Assembly (NCBI GenBank): GCA_021613535.1 | Contig: CP075492.1 | Span: 15,004,001-15,068,000 of the forward strand | From: Adineta vaga | Taxonomy: Eukaryota; Animalia; Rotifera | DNA: 64,000 bases | Direction of reading: 5' to 3' | Shown here: piece after piece, positions 1 through 12,800 of the stretch | How the letters are laid out: the number at the start of each line of letters is the position of its first letter | How positions within the stretch are numbered: the first letter of the stretch is position 1 | Notes under the pieces: model-generated | What the model saw: only the letters and a program-made list of their open reading frames with translations | What the model was told of the DNA's origin: nothing | The model's database searches: none | Position numbers and translations under genes: made by a program

Positions 1-389
1 ATATGGATTGGATGCCAAGCAAAAGAAGTGTCATTGTAATGAGACAACCAGCTAAGACATACCCGCCGTTAACTCCTGAAACAGTCTATCAAGACCGAAG
101 TGCCACATTTGGTAGTCTAATCAATGGGTGAGTAAAAATGCGTTTTCACGTGAAGTAAAGAATTGCTATTGTACTTTTTTATCAATATTTTAGATCGGAT
201 TTGCAATCGACGACAACGATCAACACGGCATTAGCGATGCTGTATCAAATGAAAAAAATACCGGTCGATCACTACATCATCGCCCTCAATCGGTTAAAAG
301 TGCCACAGCGAACGTATATGAGCCAACAACCGATACGCTTCCGTTTACTTCCATTTCATCTGCTAAATCATTTCGTTCTTGTTTTGTAA
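1..389 (+). CDS. 3' part of a spliced gene of unknown function, truncated by the window edge
   Basis: Open frame ...MDWMPSKRSVIVMRQPAKTYPP, GTGAGT donor at ~128, TTTAG acceptor at ~193, continuing into ORF 201-389, with AATAAA just after the stop. Confidence 0.35.
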
Positions 390-903
390 ATAATAAAGAT
401 TCTGAATTATTATTTAATAAATATCAGACTAATATTGATACTCATCAGATGATGTCTATCAGTCCTTCCTCTAGTTTTTTACATTTTAATAAATCTTCTC
501 AACGATTACCACGCAAATTTGCTCATGACCATGATAGAAAATTCAGTTCCATTCAATCCGTGCGCCGTTTTTCACCGTATCAATTGCCAAACAATCGAAT
601 TATTCAGCGATCGCCATTCAAATAAACAATCAATATCTCACAAGACGTTTCTAGAACATTTTTGATTTTTAGTTGATATTGTAAATAAAATATTTGTTAG
701 TTTTAAATAGATTTTCCTTTTTTTTTGAAACAACAATCTGAAAAAATTCATACTTTCTAATCAAGAAGTAAAATTCGACGGTGTAAATCGCACCCTCATA
801 TGAAATAAATATGAACTGTTTTAACGTCTTTTTCTTTGATAAACCTTGAAAAATCGTTTGATTTGCGTTCATTTTTTTATTACTTGTGATCAAACAGCGA
901 AAG

Positions 904-921
904 ACAGAGAGAGAGAGAGAG
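904..921. repeat. (GA)n microsatellite
   Basis: gacagagagagagagagaga. Confidence 0.8.
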
Positions 922-1147
922 AAACAAATACTTTCAAATATTAAAAATAGAAATTATTCTTTTCAAAAATAACTGAAGTTGATAATTGCTGCATGTTTGA
1001 ATTTAGTTTTCTTCAGAATAAAATCGTCTTACACGCGGCATTTTGCACATGATTTATTTACATTAAAATATATAAGAATAGATTTCATTTTACTCACTGC
1101 CATTCAATTTTCGGAGCGCATCAGACGTAAAATTCTTTAGAAGCAAC

Positions 1148-2506
1148 ATGGCAGATTCTCTAACGCAAAATGATGAAATGTGAGGAGACACTAATTACGT
1201 ATCTTCTTAATTATAATTAATTTTCTTGTCATTTAGCTTCGCTCGTAATGATGAATTCGATGAAGATGAAGATCACGCGAATCAACCACAACAAATCGTT
1301 CCAAAACATCATCCAAAATCTTCAATAGATTCTAAGGCAGACGACAAACAAGATAATCAAACTTTGGTAGCAATGATGCTACTGTATGAATATACTTTTG
1401 TATTGATCTTCTTATTTCTCATCTAGATGATTGCTGCAACGAATTTCAAATATGATATCGACAAAATATTCAAAACTGATAAGGATACATATTTATACAC
1501 ATCCATACCGAAGGATCATCTCGGTTTTGTTCCATGTCGAATTACACGACATAAAGGTGTTTCCACAACATTTCATATGTATTTCGAAGGACAGAATGAA
1601 AACGATTTAGTAGGTTTTCTTTTCCTTTTTTTTTCAATTCAGAAAAAAATGCGTTTTATTCTTATAGACTTTTCTTTTAACTGCACGAAAACATTTGTCA
1701 CTCAATGGACATTCGGAATACATAATTGGCATTGATGAAAATATTTCGAAAACTTTAACGGATGGAAATTCTGTTGCATTATTGAAAGGAATGAATATTA
1801 TTGGAAGTGAATATGTACTCTACGATCAACGATTTTGTTCAACTAATCCACAGAATAAAGAACAATTAGCTGCTATTGTCTATGTGAGTTATACTTTTTG
1901 AAATACTATCTAAATGAAGGCAAAATATATATATTTCAGAATGAACATATATTTGGATCGAAAGATATCAGGAAACTGACGGTATTGTTACGTGATCCAG
2001 AAAAAACTGTTGAACCGACGAAGGTAATTGTTCTTTTTGGTTTTTGCATTATAATTTTTATTGATTGTAAAGGAACATGAAGTATTGATCAATCAATGGC
2101 GAGCTGGTCATACAACAGATTTGATTGAAATAAAAAATAAAACACCAGAATATAACGAAGGTAAACAAATACATGGAGTTACGATCGAAAAGAAAACTTT
2201 TTTTCTAAAACTCATTTAGAATCGAAAAAGTATATTTTAAACTTTTTTGAAAATCGTGTTAAACTTCCTTCGCATAAAAATTTTCAATTATGCACTTCAC
2301 CTGGTGAAAATCGTATGTATTATTTTTCTATAGTATATCTAGATCGGTTTCTTTTCTTGGTATTCGTTGTAGATGAAGACAATATTATTATGCAGTTTGG
2401 TCGTATTGATGATAATAATTTTGCACTTGATTATCGATATCCTCTGACAGCCATTCAAGCATTTGGAATTGCATTAAGTTCGTTTCACAATCGATTTCGT
2501 CCTTAA
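1148..2506 (+). CDS. TULP: Tubby-domain protein (multi-exon)
   Basis: Spliced exons give VPCRITRHKG, NKTPEYNE/SKKYILNFFENRVKLPSHKNFQL and IIMQFGRIDDNNFALDYRYPLTAIQAFGIALSSF, the tubby C-terminal signature. Confidence 0.92.
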
Positions 2507-4297
2507 ATCTTTGCTCATTTAATTGACGAACTAAAGATATTTTAACATGTATATATACCAATAAATCGATTTATTTGTTTTCATCTATATTCACGAAAGA
2601 AATAAACATTATTTGGCAATATGCACATAGAGTTTCTTTTGTTAAACTAGTGAATAAACAAAGAGAATTGATTCAAAATCATTATCGTCACTCCTCAGAA
2701 TAATATTTAAAAAAAAACCAGATATATCGACAGTATACTCTAATCGATGAAGTCAATAACATGTCAATTAAATTCATATTTATTGCATTTTCTTATATCT
2801 TTGAGATTTTTATACGTTATATAAATTTGTTCTTCTTAATGCTACGTACGGTGTACAGTGTTGATACCTATAGCCAATGTTTTCGCATGGCATTAGAGAC
2901 TTATTGAAATTTGAAATTTGAAAATGAGGATCTGTATGAGAATGATGATGAGAAATTACGCCGATTTCCGCAGTCTCATAAGCACTCTCGATTAAACACA
3001 TCGTACACTTTTTTCGATCTTGATACTCAAGTGCAGCACGATGCTTGCAAAATATTCGGTTTTCATGAAAAACTGAAATCTTGATTATCTTTTATTCAAA
3101 AATATCACATTCAGTAAACTTTCAATATTTAACACACAAACATTATATGTTTGCAAAAAAAACGACGTTTTTCCTTTTAATTCTCCGCGAAAAATGGCTA
3201 TTTCTGAAATAAAATACGTTTGACTTGAAAACAACTTTAACATTACAATGCGAACGATGTGCAGCAAAGAAATTCTTTTTTTCTCTTTATTATTAAGTTT
3301 GTGTCTTCGAAAAATAAAGAATTACATATATATGTTATCTACAGCGTCTATAAAAATGTCTCTTATCTTTTACACTAATAAATAAGAGAGAATATATATA
3401 TTTAGTTGAAATAAGATGCATAATAAGATTTGCTAATAAAGCTGTTACATAACTTTAACTTTTACAAGGTAATACTCTCAAATTCATACTATTCCATTTG
3501 CGAATGATAGATTTGTGAATGGCAGTTAAGTAATCTTTTGTCACAAATTATAGCAGGTTTGAACAGAAAATATCTATTGAAATATCTAGTTGATAAGTCG
3601 TATTTCACTGTAGAAGAATCTAAACTTATCGTATTGAAGGATATTCCGAGACTATTGAGATCTCAACCTTCTCGATGATTCTATTCAGTGCGATACATGC
3701 AAGAGAGATATAGCTGCGATCTTAGGATTCGAAGATTCTACGGAATTTTATGAGATTATAAAGAATTCTAGTGAACCTTTCGAATCCAAGGCAATAGAAT
3801 CAGCTGTTCCTTTTTTTGATTCGCTAAGAGTTCCTGTCAAAAGAAGACTTTGACAAATTCCAATACTAACTTTAATTCGAAGAAATTGAAAGATGATTAA
3901 TATGCTGCATTCATTTTAGCAAAATCGAAGTCAAGACGATTATTTGATATCCTGAACGAGGGACCCCGAGACTGATCGAGAGACTCAAGCTCGGTACATT
4001 TCTAGTCGTATCTCCACACAAAGAACATGGAATAGAATTTGGAGATGACACTTCTCGATGCTTTCATTCAGTCGAAATGTAGATGCAGATCATATCAGAA
4101 TATGCACTTTACTCCTCACGTACACCGTATATCTAAACGCATGCTACTAATCAACCTCATTTTCACCCACTTTTGAAATACTAATTATCTGTATCTCGTT
4201 TTAGATTGTACGTCGGAATCCTAGAGAATATATAGTTATTTACGGCGGAACAACATCATAATATTCAAACTTTTTGATTCAGAAAAAAATTATCTTC

Positions 4298-7163
4298 ATG
4301 GAACATTACAAAGGTCGCGAGGTAGTCGATATTCTCAAGGATTTGTGTGCGTACAATCCTATAGCAGCCAAGTCCTTAGATCGTTTACCTCATGATTGTT
4401 ATATGATTGAAGTAGGTGGTCTGACAGATCGGGAAGATTTAGAAGATCTGAAGAGAAACGTAGAAGAGCTCAATATAACAGCAAACTCGGAAGACCAAAC
4501 TCAGGCCGAATATGCACTTATGAATTCGGAAGATATGGAATTCATACTGGAGAAAATGCAATTAGCAGGAAGTACACAGCAATTGGAAAATGAGAGACAA
4601 AGTCATTATGTTTTTGAAGATAACTTCAACGCATCGCTCAAAGACATGATCCAATCGAAAGCTTCGTACGAAAAACTCAAGCAAGTTTGCTATCGATATG
4701 AGGATCGTAAAGGAGAAGATGCTGGTTCGAACATGATTAATCATGAGAAACGTGTTCAGTTATCCCATAAATACTTTCTGGACAAAAATATACCAGTAGA
4801 TGAAGCAAAAGCAATGGCTTTTGCACTTTCATTTTATACTGGTCCGAAAAGCGAATCGAGTAGCCGTGCAGCTAGTCTCATTGCTCGAAAAGGTAATCTT
4901 CAAACTTTCGAAAAGAAAACAGAAGATGAATTAAATGAAGCCTCTATCATCTTGTATTATTTGGTCAAGGCACTTTCATATATACCGTTCTACTGGGGTT
5001 ATGTCACACGAGCATGCGAGTTGAAGTTTGAAGAGTTGAATATGTATGTACCAGGTCGAGTTGTCACTTGGATCCAGTTTAGCAGTTCGAAAAAGGGCAA
5101 AAAGGGACATGATTCAGCAGCTTTCAAAAAACGAAATACACTTTTCAAAATCTACTCACTAACTGGGCGGCCAATTCAAGATTTTTCTAATTATGAAGAA
5201 GAAGATGAGGTTTTATTTCTACCACACTCTACATTTATCGTATTTAACCGTCAAATTTACAAAAAAGAAGGAAAAAATGTGATTTATATGCGACAAGTAG
5301 AACTAGGTTTCTGTAAATGGTCAGTATTGTGGGTTGATGATCGTATATTCGATGAAAAATGGGAGAATAAACAACACATGGAATATGCAGCAATCAAGGC
5401 ACTTGATGTCAATGTACATTTTATTCCAAAATCGTCCACTGATAGTGCTCTATCATTTCTTCGATCTCCATTCGGACAGCGTTTGAAAAATCGTGATACA
5501 TTTCGAATTGTCACAGATATGAATCGTGAAAACGAAAGACCAGTTCACAATGCAGGTGCACGATTGATCAAAGCACTACGACAAATGGGCTTCAAAAATC
5601 AATGTCTAGTTTTCACTAGTAACAAAGAACAGTCAGAAGATGTTCTTCAGCAAGAGCTGTCTTCGAGAGAACAACAAGGTATTTCTGTTTCCACGCGTAC
5701 TAAAGATTTACGAAATTTCGTAAACTTCGACCAAGCACCAACATCATCACAACAAGCCAGCATGCAAAATTCAACTCAAAGTAGCGCATATTCAAAGCCC
5801 ACGAATTCTAGTAAGTGAAGAATATTTTAATATGACAGAAAGCTTTTGGTGTTTCTTCCAGCAGTTAGGTTCTACTATAGCAGCTTAAGTGTCTTCTTAT
5901 CCATAGTTTAAAGCAATACTTTTGGTTGTAGAATATAGCTATCGAATTTCTGTCCAAAACGGATGAACAAAACTTATAATATTCGAACTAATCCTTTTGT
6001 TGTCGCTTATTATAGAAAACAATACAACTGCCTATGGAACTACTGGTAGTGCTCAAGCAAAGCAAGGTGCTTATGAGCAGAAATATGCGAAAAGTCATAC
6101 TTATGAACACAATGAGATGATGCACAATCCAAGAAATACAGACATCGAAATATTGATGAGAAATTGTCAAATGCAAAAATTGAGTAACAGTCGCCAGAAG
6201 TAAGTTTTGTTTGTATAAAACATACCGTAACGTTAAGAACTAAATAGCTCGATAGGGGTGTGAAAAATCCTCGTTTCTCAATCGATAGATCATCTGTTAT
6301 TATCAGAACAACCTAAGCATAAAGATCTTTTCATCGATTCGAGACATAGTGGTGATTGTTAGTGTTGATCCTTGATGTTTTATAAGTCGCACTCTTATAA
6401 CTGTTTACTTATAGTTGCGTACTGATTACCACGGGCTCTTTTAATCCTGTTCATCCTCTTCATTTTCAAAATCTATTGCGTGTCAAAGAGTATCTGGAAC
6501 GTGAACATCAACCTTCAATGAATGTGCTTGCAGGATACATATCTCCAACGCAGTATGTTGTTTTTAATCAATTTTTTTCGATCAAAAACATACAATTATT
6601 TTTCTCATAGTGATTCGTATGTACATTCGAAACTAGGTGATCCCGCTTGGATTCCAGCCAAAGAACGGTGTCGTCTGTGCGAAGAAGCTATCGAATACGA
6701 AGGTTCAAAAGTAGCTTCATGGATTGCTGTTTCTCGTGGCGAATGTGAATGGAAAGATGGTTTTGTTGACTTTGGTCCAGTTACGGAAAATCTTCGTGAT
6801 TTTTTAAATACTACACTTGTTGAGCAAGGAAATGTTCTTAAATATCCATTACGCGTGATTTATGTTTGTGGTTTGGATCATTATAACAAATGTTCATATG
6901 TAGAACGCATGACACAGCAAAATAACATGTCTTGTGCTATTGTTTTTCGCAGAGGATACGATGAACAGCAAATTAGTAGTTCACTTAAAACATCAAGTGT
7001 CATATACATTTCATTATCAAAAGAACGTACTAAACTTTCTGATGTAAGCTCAACACAAATTCGACAATACTTTGAAAATCCAACTGCGAACAATACAGAT
7101 ATTGAGAGAAATATATATCCTGCTGTACGTGATTACATGAAGAGAAAATATCGAAAGAAATGA
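4298..7163 (+). CDS. Multidomain ADP-ribosyltransferase (R-S-E clade) + receiver-like domain + NMNAT/NadD-like nucleotidyltransferase; exons 4298-5810, 6016-6199, 6415-6552, 6611-7163 (795 aa)
   Basis: ART motifs: ALSFYTG, YVTR, QFSSS, YEEEDEVLFLP. REC-like motifs: VLWVDD, RIVTDMNR, AGARLIKALR, LVFTS. NMNAT motifs: LITTGSFNPVHPLH, GYISPTHDSY, YVCGLD, VSSTQIR. All three GT-AG junctions are phase-compatible (1, 2, 2). Confidence 0.85.
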
Positions 7164-7185
7164 ATGCTTGAAATAATGACATAAA

Positions 7186-7511
7186 TGAGGGTGGGTGTGG
7201 GTATGGGTGTAAATCAGTGTCTCTATTCACTCCAACCCAACCCACACCCACACCCTTTATTTTAGCATTTTATTGTTTTATAATGTCAATTTTTTCTAAA
7301 TAAATACATCTTGATATCTTAAATTGTTTCCTTATGTTCTTCGAAATTATTATACAGAAGAATATGATTTTGATCATTTCATCACACACTAGACTTGTGA
7401 TTTTATCAATAGATAAAGTAGATTCTGTAAAATGTTTAAATAAATGAGTAGTATGATGAATAAGAAGGGTAGTATATTTACATATCAATTTCACCTACAC
7501 CCACACCCTCA
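7186..7511. mobile_element. MITE-like element / hairpins of the TGAGGGTG...CACCCTCA family
   Basis: tgagggtgggtgtgggtatggg (7186) pairs with cccaacccacacccacaccct (to 7256) and with cacctacacccacaccctca (7492-7511). Confidence 0.6.
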
Positions 7512-7660
7512 TAGTGACATCATTATTCATTCTCTACATTTCTTTCCAAATTGCTCATCATTCGTCTATTCTATCTCTTTTGTATTCTTTCTTTCCTTCT
7601 TTTGTCTTGTCTTCTCAACTAAACGAGATTACATTGATTTCTATTTAGATGAATTAGAAA

Positions 7661-9334
7661 ATGAATGATAAATATATGCCACTCGATATTGGAATCATTG
7701 GATGTGGACCAAGTGGATTAGTAACATTGAAAGAATTATTAGTCGAAGGTCATCAATGTACAGTTTTTGAAAAGTCAAATTCACTTGGTGGTACATTTAC
7801 ACAAGCATATCAAGAAGGAATACTTGTCTCAAGTCATCTATTAACTATGTTTAGTGATTTTGTTGGCAATGACGAAGAACTTCTTGGTAAACCTCGAATG
7901 TTATCCTTTATTGAATATGTTCAATATTTAAACGATTACACAGATCATTTTCAATTAAGAAAATTTATTCGATTTCAAACAGAAGTGAACTCATTATGGA
8001 AAGATTATTCAGACAACAAATGGAAAATTCGGATAAATAATTCAAATGATATTTATTCATTTGATCGTATTGCAATTTGTTGTGGAATCTTCGACAATGT
8101 TAACATTCCATCATTTCAAAATAAACATTTATTTCAAGGAAAAATTAAACATTTAAAAGATATTCAATTTTATGAAGATTTCAAAGATAAACATATATGT
8201 ATTGTTGGAAGTGGCGAATCAGCAAGCGATATGATATTAGCTGCTGCCAAATGTGGAAAGAAAGCTTTTTTATCCATTAGAAATGATCATGGATTCATTG
8301 TTCCAAGATATATTCATGGTGATCAAGATGGACCAGCTGATTTAGATACATCAAGAGTTCATCATTCTATTCCAAGAGCATGGGGTGTTTTACATACATA
8401 TATCGATATGATGAATAGTTTGATAAAATCTTATTTGAAATCGGTTCTTTTTCAAAAAGGTCAATCAAATGACTGTGATTTAATAAGAAGAGCAGGAATC
8501 TATATGAATTTGAAACAAATTCAAACAAGTAATATTTGGACAACATTTGGAACAAAAAATTGCAATCTAGTCGAAGCATTAATTAAATATAAAGATAAAT
8601 GTCATCGAAAACCTGGAATTAAAGAATTAAAAAGTAATTCAATTGTATTCGAAGATAATTCCGAAGAATATGTGGATGAAATTATTTGTTGTACAGGTTT
8701 TAATACATTATTTCCATTTCTTGATCAAAATTGTGAAGCAAATTCGGAAAAAATGAAATGTCTTGCTAATGACGCAAAAATCTCTCATAACTTATTTAAA
8801 CATTGTTTTCATCCAGATTTTGGAGATGAAATTGTTTGGATTGGTTTTGCTCGTCCTTGTCTAGGTGCAATTCCACCATTATCAGAACTTCAAGCACGTT
8901 GGTTTGCTTTATTATGTTCAAAAAAATTGAAATTACCAACGAAATCAGAAATGAATAAACATATTTGTCACTATGTCAAATATTTACAATGGCAATTAAC
9001 ACCTTATCGTATTAATCGATTGACTAATTTAACTGATTATTTAATCTATTCAGATGATTTAGCAAGAACTATTGGATGTCGACCAGATTTAACACGAATC
9101 TTTTTTCAAGAACCACATTTATGGATTAAATTAATGTGCGGATCATTATTAAATGCACATTATCGTTTAAGCGGTCCGCATGCTAAACCAAAACAAGCCA
9201 AAGCAATTATTTTGCAAGCAAAATGGGCTAAACAACCAAATATTTTGTATTTAACAATGTTAATATGTTATGCATTTTTTTGGTTTGTCTTTGGAATTGA
9301 ATCATGTAAACCGGCTTCTTGGTATCCATTATAA
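7661..9334 (+). CDS. FMO: Flavin-containing monooxygenase (class B FMO), intronless
   Basis: FAD motif IGCGPSG, FQGKIKH fingerprint, NADPH motif VGSGESA, ICCTGF, GFARPCLGAIPPLSELQARW, C-terminal membrane anchor. Confidence 0.93.
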   Translation: MNDKYMPLDIGIIGCGPSGLVTLKELLVEGHQCTVFEKSNSLGGTFTQAYQEGILVSSHLLTMFSDFVGNDEELLGKPRMLSFIEYVQYLNDYTDHFQLRKFIRFQTEVNSLWKDYSDNKWKIRINNSNDIYSFDRIAICCGIFDNVNIPSFQNKHLFQGKIKHLKDIQFYEDFKDKHICIVGSGESASDMILAAAKCGKKAFLSIRNDHGFIVPRYIHGDQDGPADLDTSRVHHSIPRAWGVLHTYIDMMNSLIKSYLKSVLFQKGQSNDCDLIRRAGIYMNLKQIQTSNIWTTFGTKNCNLVEALIKYKDKCHRKPGIKELKSNSIVFEDNSEEYVDEIICCTGFNTLFPFLDQNCEANSEKMKCLANDAKISHNLFKHCFHPDFGDEIVWIGFARPCLGAIPPLSELQARWFALLCSKKLKLPTKSEMNKHICHYVKYLQWQLTPYRINRLTNLTDYLIYSDDLARTIGCRPDLTRIFFQEPHLWIKLMCGSLLNAHYRLSGPHAKPKQAKAIILQAKWAKQPNILYLTMLICYAFFWFVFGIESCKPASWYPL

Positions 9335-9833
9335 CAAAAAAACTTTATCCTCACCTACGCACCCTCAAAGATCACGATTTATCTTTCTAGATATTGTTGT
9401 TGTATAATTATCTATATATCATGAACTAAATAATTGTTAAATATGTCAATATTCATGAATATCGTAGTTAAGAATATTAAATTTACATTCTTAGTTTATA
9501 TTGTTATTCATTCATATACACATATCGACATACACATGCGCGTATAAATAAATCATATCGAAGAGTATTTTTAGTACGAAGAGATGCACGTGTACACATA
9601 CAATATAATCTTTTCTTTTTGTGTTTTTCGATGCATATCATGAGCAGAACGATACATAAACGACACTTATTCTACTCATTATAAAATCAAAACAAACATG
9701 GAAAATGTCTATGCATGTTTACTCATTCACATGTCCTTGATATCAGTATACTAAACTAACGATTGTTATTTAAGTACATTTGAATGATGTACAAACTATG
9801 TGTTGTAGATAAATCAACTGTATTATCGACAGT

Positions 9834-12800
9834 ATGGTATTCAAACATTTAACTCTTCATTTTCTTGAAAAATATCTGGGAGAATACATTGAAGATTTAG
9901 ATACAAAACAATTGAAAGTTGGTTTATGGCATGGTAAATATGAATTCATATCGTTTCCTTTTCTATCTCTCTTTATTTCAGGTAATCTTACGATTCACAA
10001 TGTTTATCTTAAACCGAATCGATTAGTAAATAGAAACGTACATGTCACATTCTTTTTTTTCTTTTTTAATTTCAAATTTTAGGATAATTTCAATCTTCCT
10101 ATTCGTATAACAACTGGTTATTTAGGTATATATTTATATGTTTAAGTTAAAACTGAATTCCTCGTTATGTTGAATATCTTTGTAGAAAAATTAACAATTC
10201 ATATTCCATGGAAACACCTACATTCTCATCCAACCCGAATATCCATTCAAGGATTTTATGTCCTTTTAGAACCTAAAACTGGTTTGTATTTACTTTTTCA
10301 AAGATGATCTTATTTATTTGTTCATTTAGATATTATTTATGATGCTGAAAAACAAGCAGAACATGAATATCAATCGAAAATGAAACAAGTTGAAAAAGTG
10401 GAAAATTTTCGTCGTAAACGAGAAAAAGCTCGTAAGTTTATTTTCTTTCAAAAAATATTTTCTTCACAACAATTTCATTACATTGTAGAATATTCCAATG
10501 CACATAACAAACATAAGAAGACATTTTTTCAACGTTTAAAATTTCATATTCTTCGAAATCTTGAACTATCAATTGAAAATATTTACATTCATTATCAAGA
10601 TAAATATATTAAACCTTCGTCGCCATTTACATTTACATTTGTACTCAATCATATTAAATTGCTTGTATGATTGTTAAACAAAATCTTTCTTTGAAATTAA
10701 TCATTTATCTATAGAGAACAAATTCCGAATGGGAAGAATTACAATCGAAAGAGAATTCGAAAATTCATTATAAAGTAAAGTTTAATTTGAAAAATGAAAG
10801 CTAAAGACTTGAAAATAAAAGGATTATTTAGGTCGGAGAAATCAGTAATTTATCAATCAATTGGAGTTCAAATGCGATATTTAATGGAGATTTATCAAAA
10901 GAAGAGATCATCGTATGCTTGATGTTGTAATAAAATGTGCATTTTGAAAGAATTCTTTCTAGAAAAATCTGATGATGCAAATGAAAGATTATCTCACAAC
11001 AGATAATCCACAACCAAATTACAGTAATTAACGCTTTGCCTTTGTGTATATGATTGGGAGAAAAGATAATTGTTTGTTTTCTTTTGAAAGTTCTTCGACC
11101 ATTAAATGCGACAGCTAAATTTGAAATAGCAAAAAAAGGTGAAAAACAACATTTTCAACGACCTGTTCTACAAGGTCAAGTTTTTGTTCAAGAAATCAAT
11201 GTCAATCTTAATCGAAATCAAGTTTGAACAATCAGCAAATCTTTCTACAATATTCTTTCTTTTCTATTTTAGTATTCCGATATTCTCGATTTACTTGAAT
11301 ATCATAATTATTATGAATTAAAATCAAAATATATTAAATACTACACACCGATCAATACTTCTCAAAATGATAAACCAAGTTTACAAAGGTTAGTAGAAAA
11401 CACATAGAAATATCATGTTACAATTTTCTTTAGATGGAAATTTGCTTATAATGTTATTTTAAATGAATATATTCGTCCTCGACTTGCATCTTATCAATGG
11501 GACAATATCAAATCACATTTAGATCGATCGAAACGCTATTATTATCTTTATTTTCAACAATTTACGGGTCATCATCTTCATAAAGAAGACAAACAATCTA
11601 TTGAAGTATTATTCAATCATTTCTACATTTAGTTTCATCTGTAGTCAATACAATTTTTTTAGGAATTGGAAAGAAAAATGAATGCATTTAGTCTGATTTA
11701 TGTTCGTCGAAATGCTGAAATTAAAGTAAAAAATTATTCCTTATTATATTTGTTCAGTAAATCAATAAAGAATGTATTCAGGCAATGAAAATAAAACTAG
11801 AAAAAGAGCAAATGTCTCCATGGGATAAATTATCGAATTGGTTTCATCATCATCCTCATCGTCATCAACATTATGAGGAATTAGGTGAAATTCTTCTAGA
11901 TTTGAATATAACAATTAACAAATCTTCCTTTTTTTTTAGATTTTCAATCTGATATGGTTACGTTACAGGATGAAAAAGAGAAACTCTATGAAGCTATGGA
12001 ATATCAAGATGAACATCATGGAATAACTTATCCTCAGGAGGTATTGTTTCGTTCATAATTTTGAAATCAGCACTAAAAATCAATGTTTATTTATAGTACA
12101 TTGATATTGATATGACTGTTGGATTGAATAGAATCACGATCAACACTTGGTCAAATCTAAATGAACATGATACAGAGTAAATTTGTTTATTTTCTAAATA
12201 TTTTCATTCTATTGAATTATAGAATCGAAATACTTACATGTGCTACTGTAACAAATCTTGGTTTCGTATATAAACGTCGTCCAGCTGCAGATGATTTTTC
12301 GTAAGTGACGAACAATTGTAACGGTTCCAATTAGATTCATTTTCATAGATTGGAAATCTCTCTTGATTCGCTCGAAATGCATGGCAATGAATCGAAATCA
12401 ACTCAACTTTGTCTCATTCAATCTCCAAATAAAGATTACAAATTATTACATATTCGATTTGAAACAAATCCAGTTGATTATAATTGTGATTATCGTCTTA
12501 TTACTCGCGCACAATCTCTCGATATCATATATCATGCGGTATTAACTTATTTCTATAAACGTATAAATCATTCAAAGAAATTATTTAGATGATAGTTAAG
12601 AAACTGATTGAATTTTTTCTTCCTGATAAACAATATCATTTGGAAAAGTTAGGAGAAAGTCAATTTCTTTTCATTATAAATGACTGATTGACTTTTGTAG
12701 GATAAAAGAAGCTGCATATTCAATCTATACAGATATCAATAATAATACGCAATTTTTATTTAGTGAAAATCTAAAAAAGATTAAAGATTTAGATCTAGAT

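Noticed and set aside
2800-4200. Possible TE relics upstream of the ART gene
   Set aside because: No termini, ORF or repeat copy that I can support.
4274-9334. Prokaryotic operon or contaminant reading of ART, NMNAT-like and FMO ORFs
   Set aside because: The pieces are joined by canonical spliceosomal introns and embedded between tubby and VPS13.
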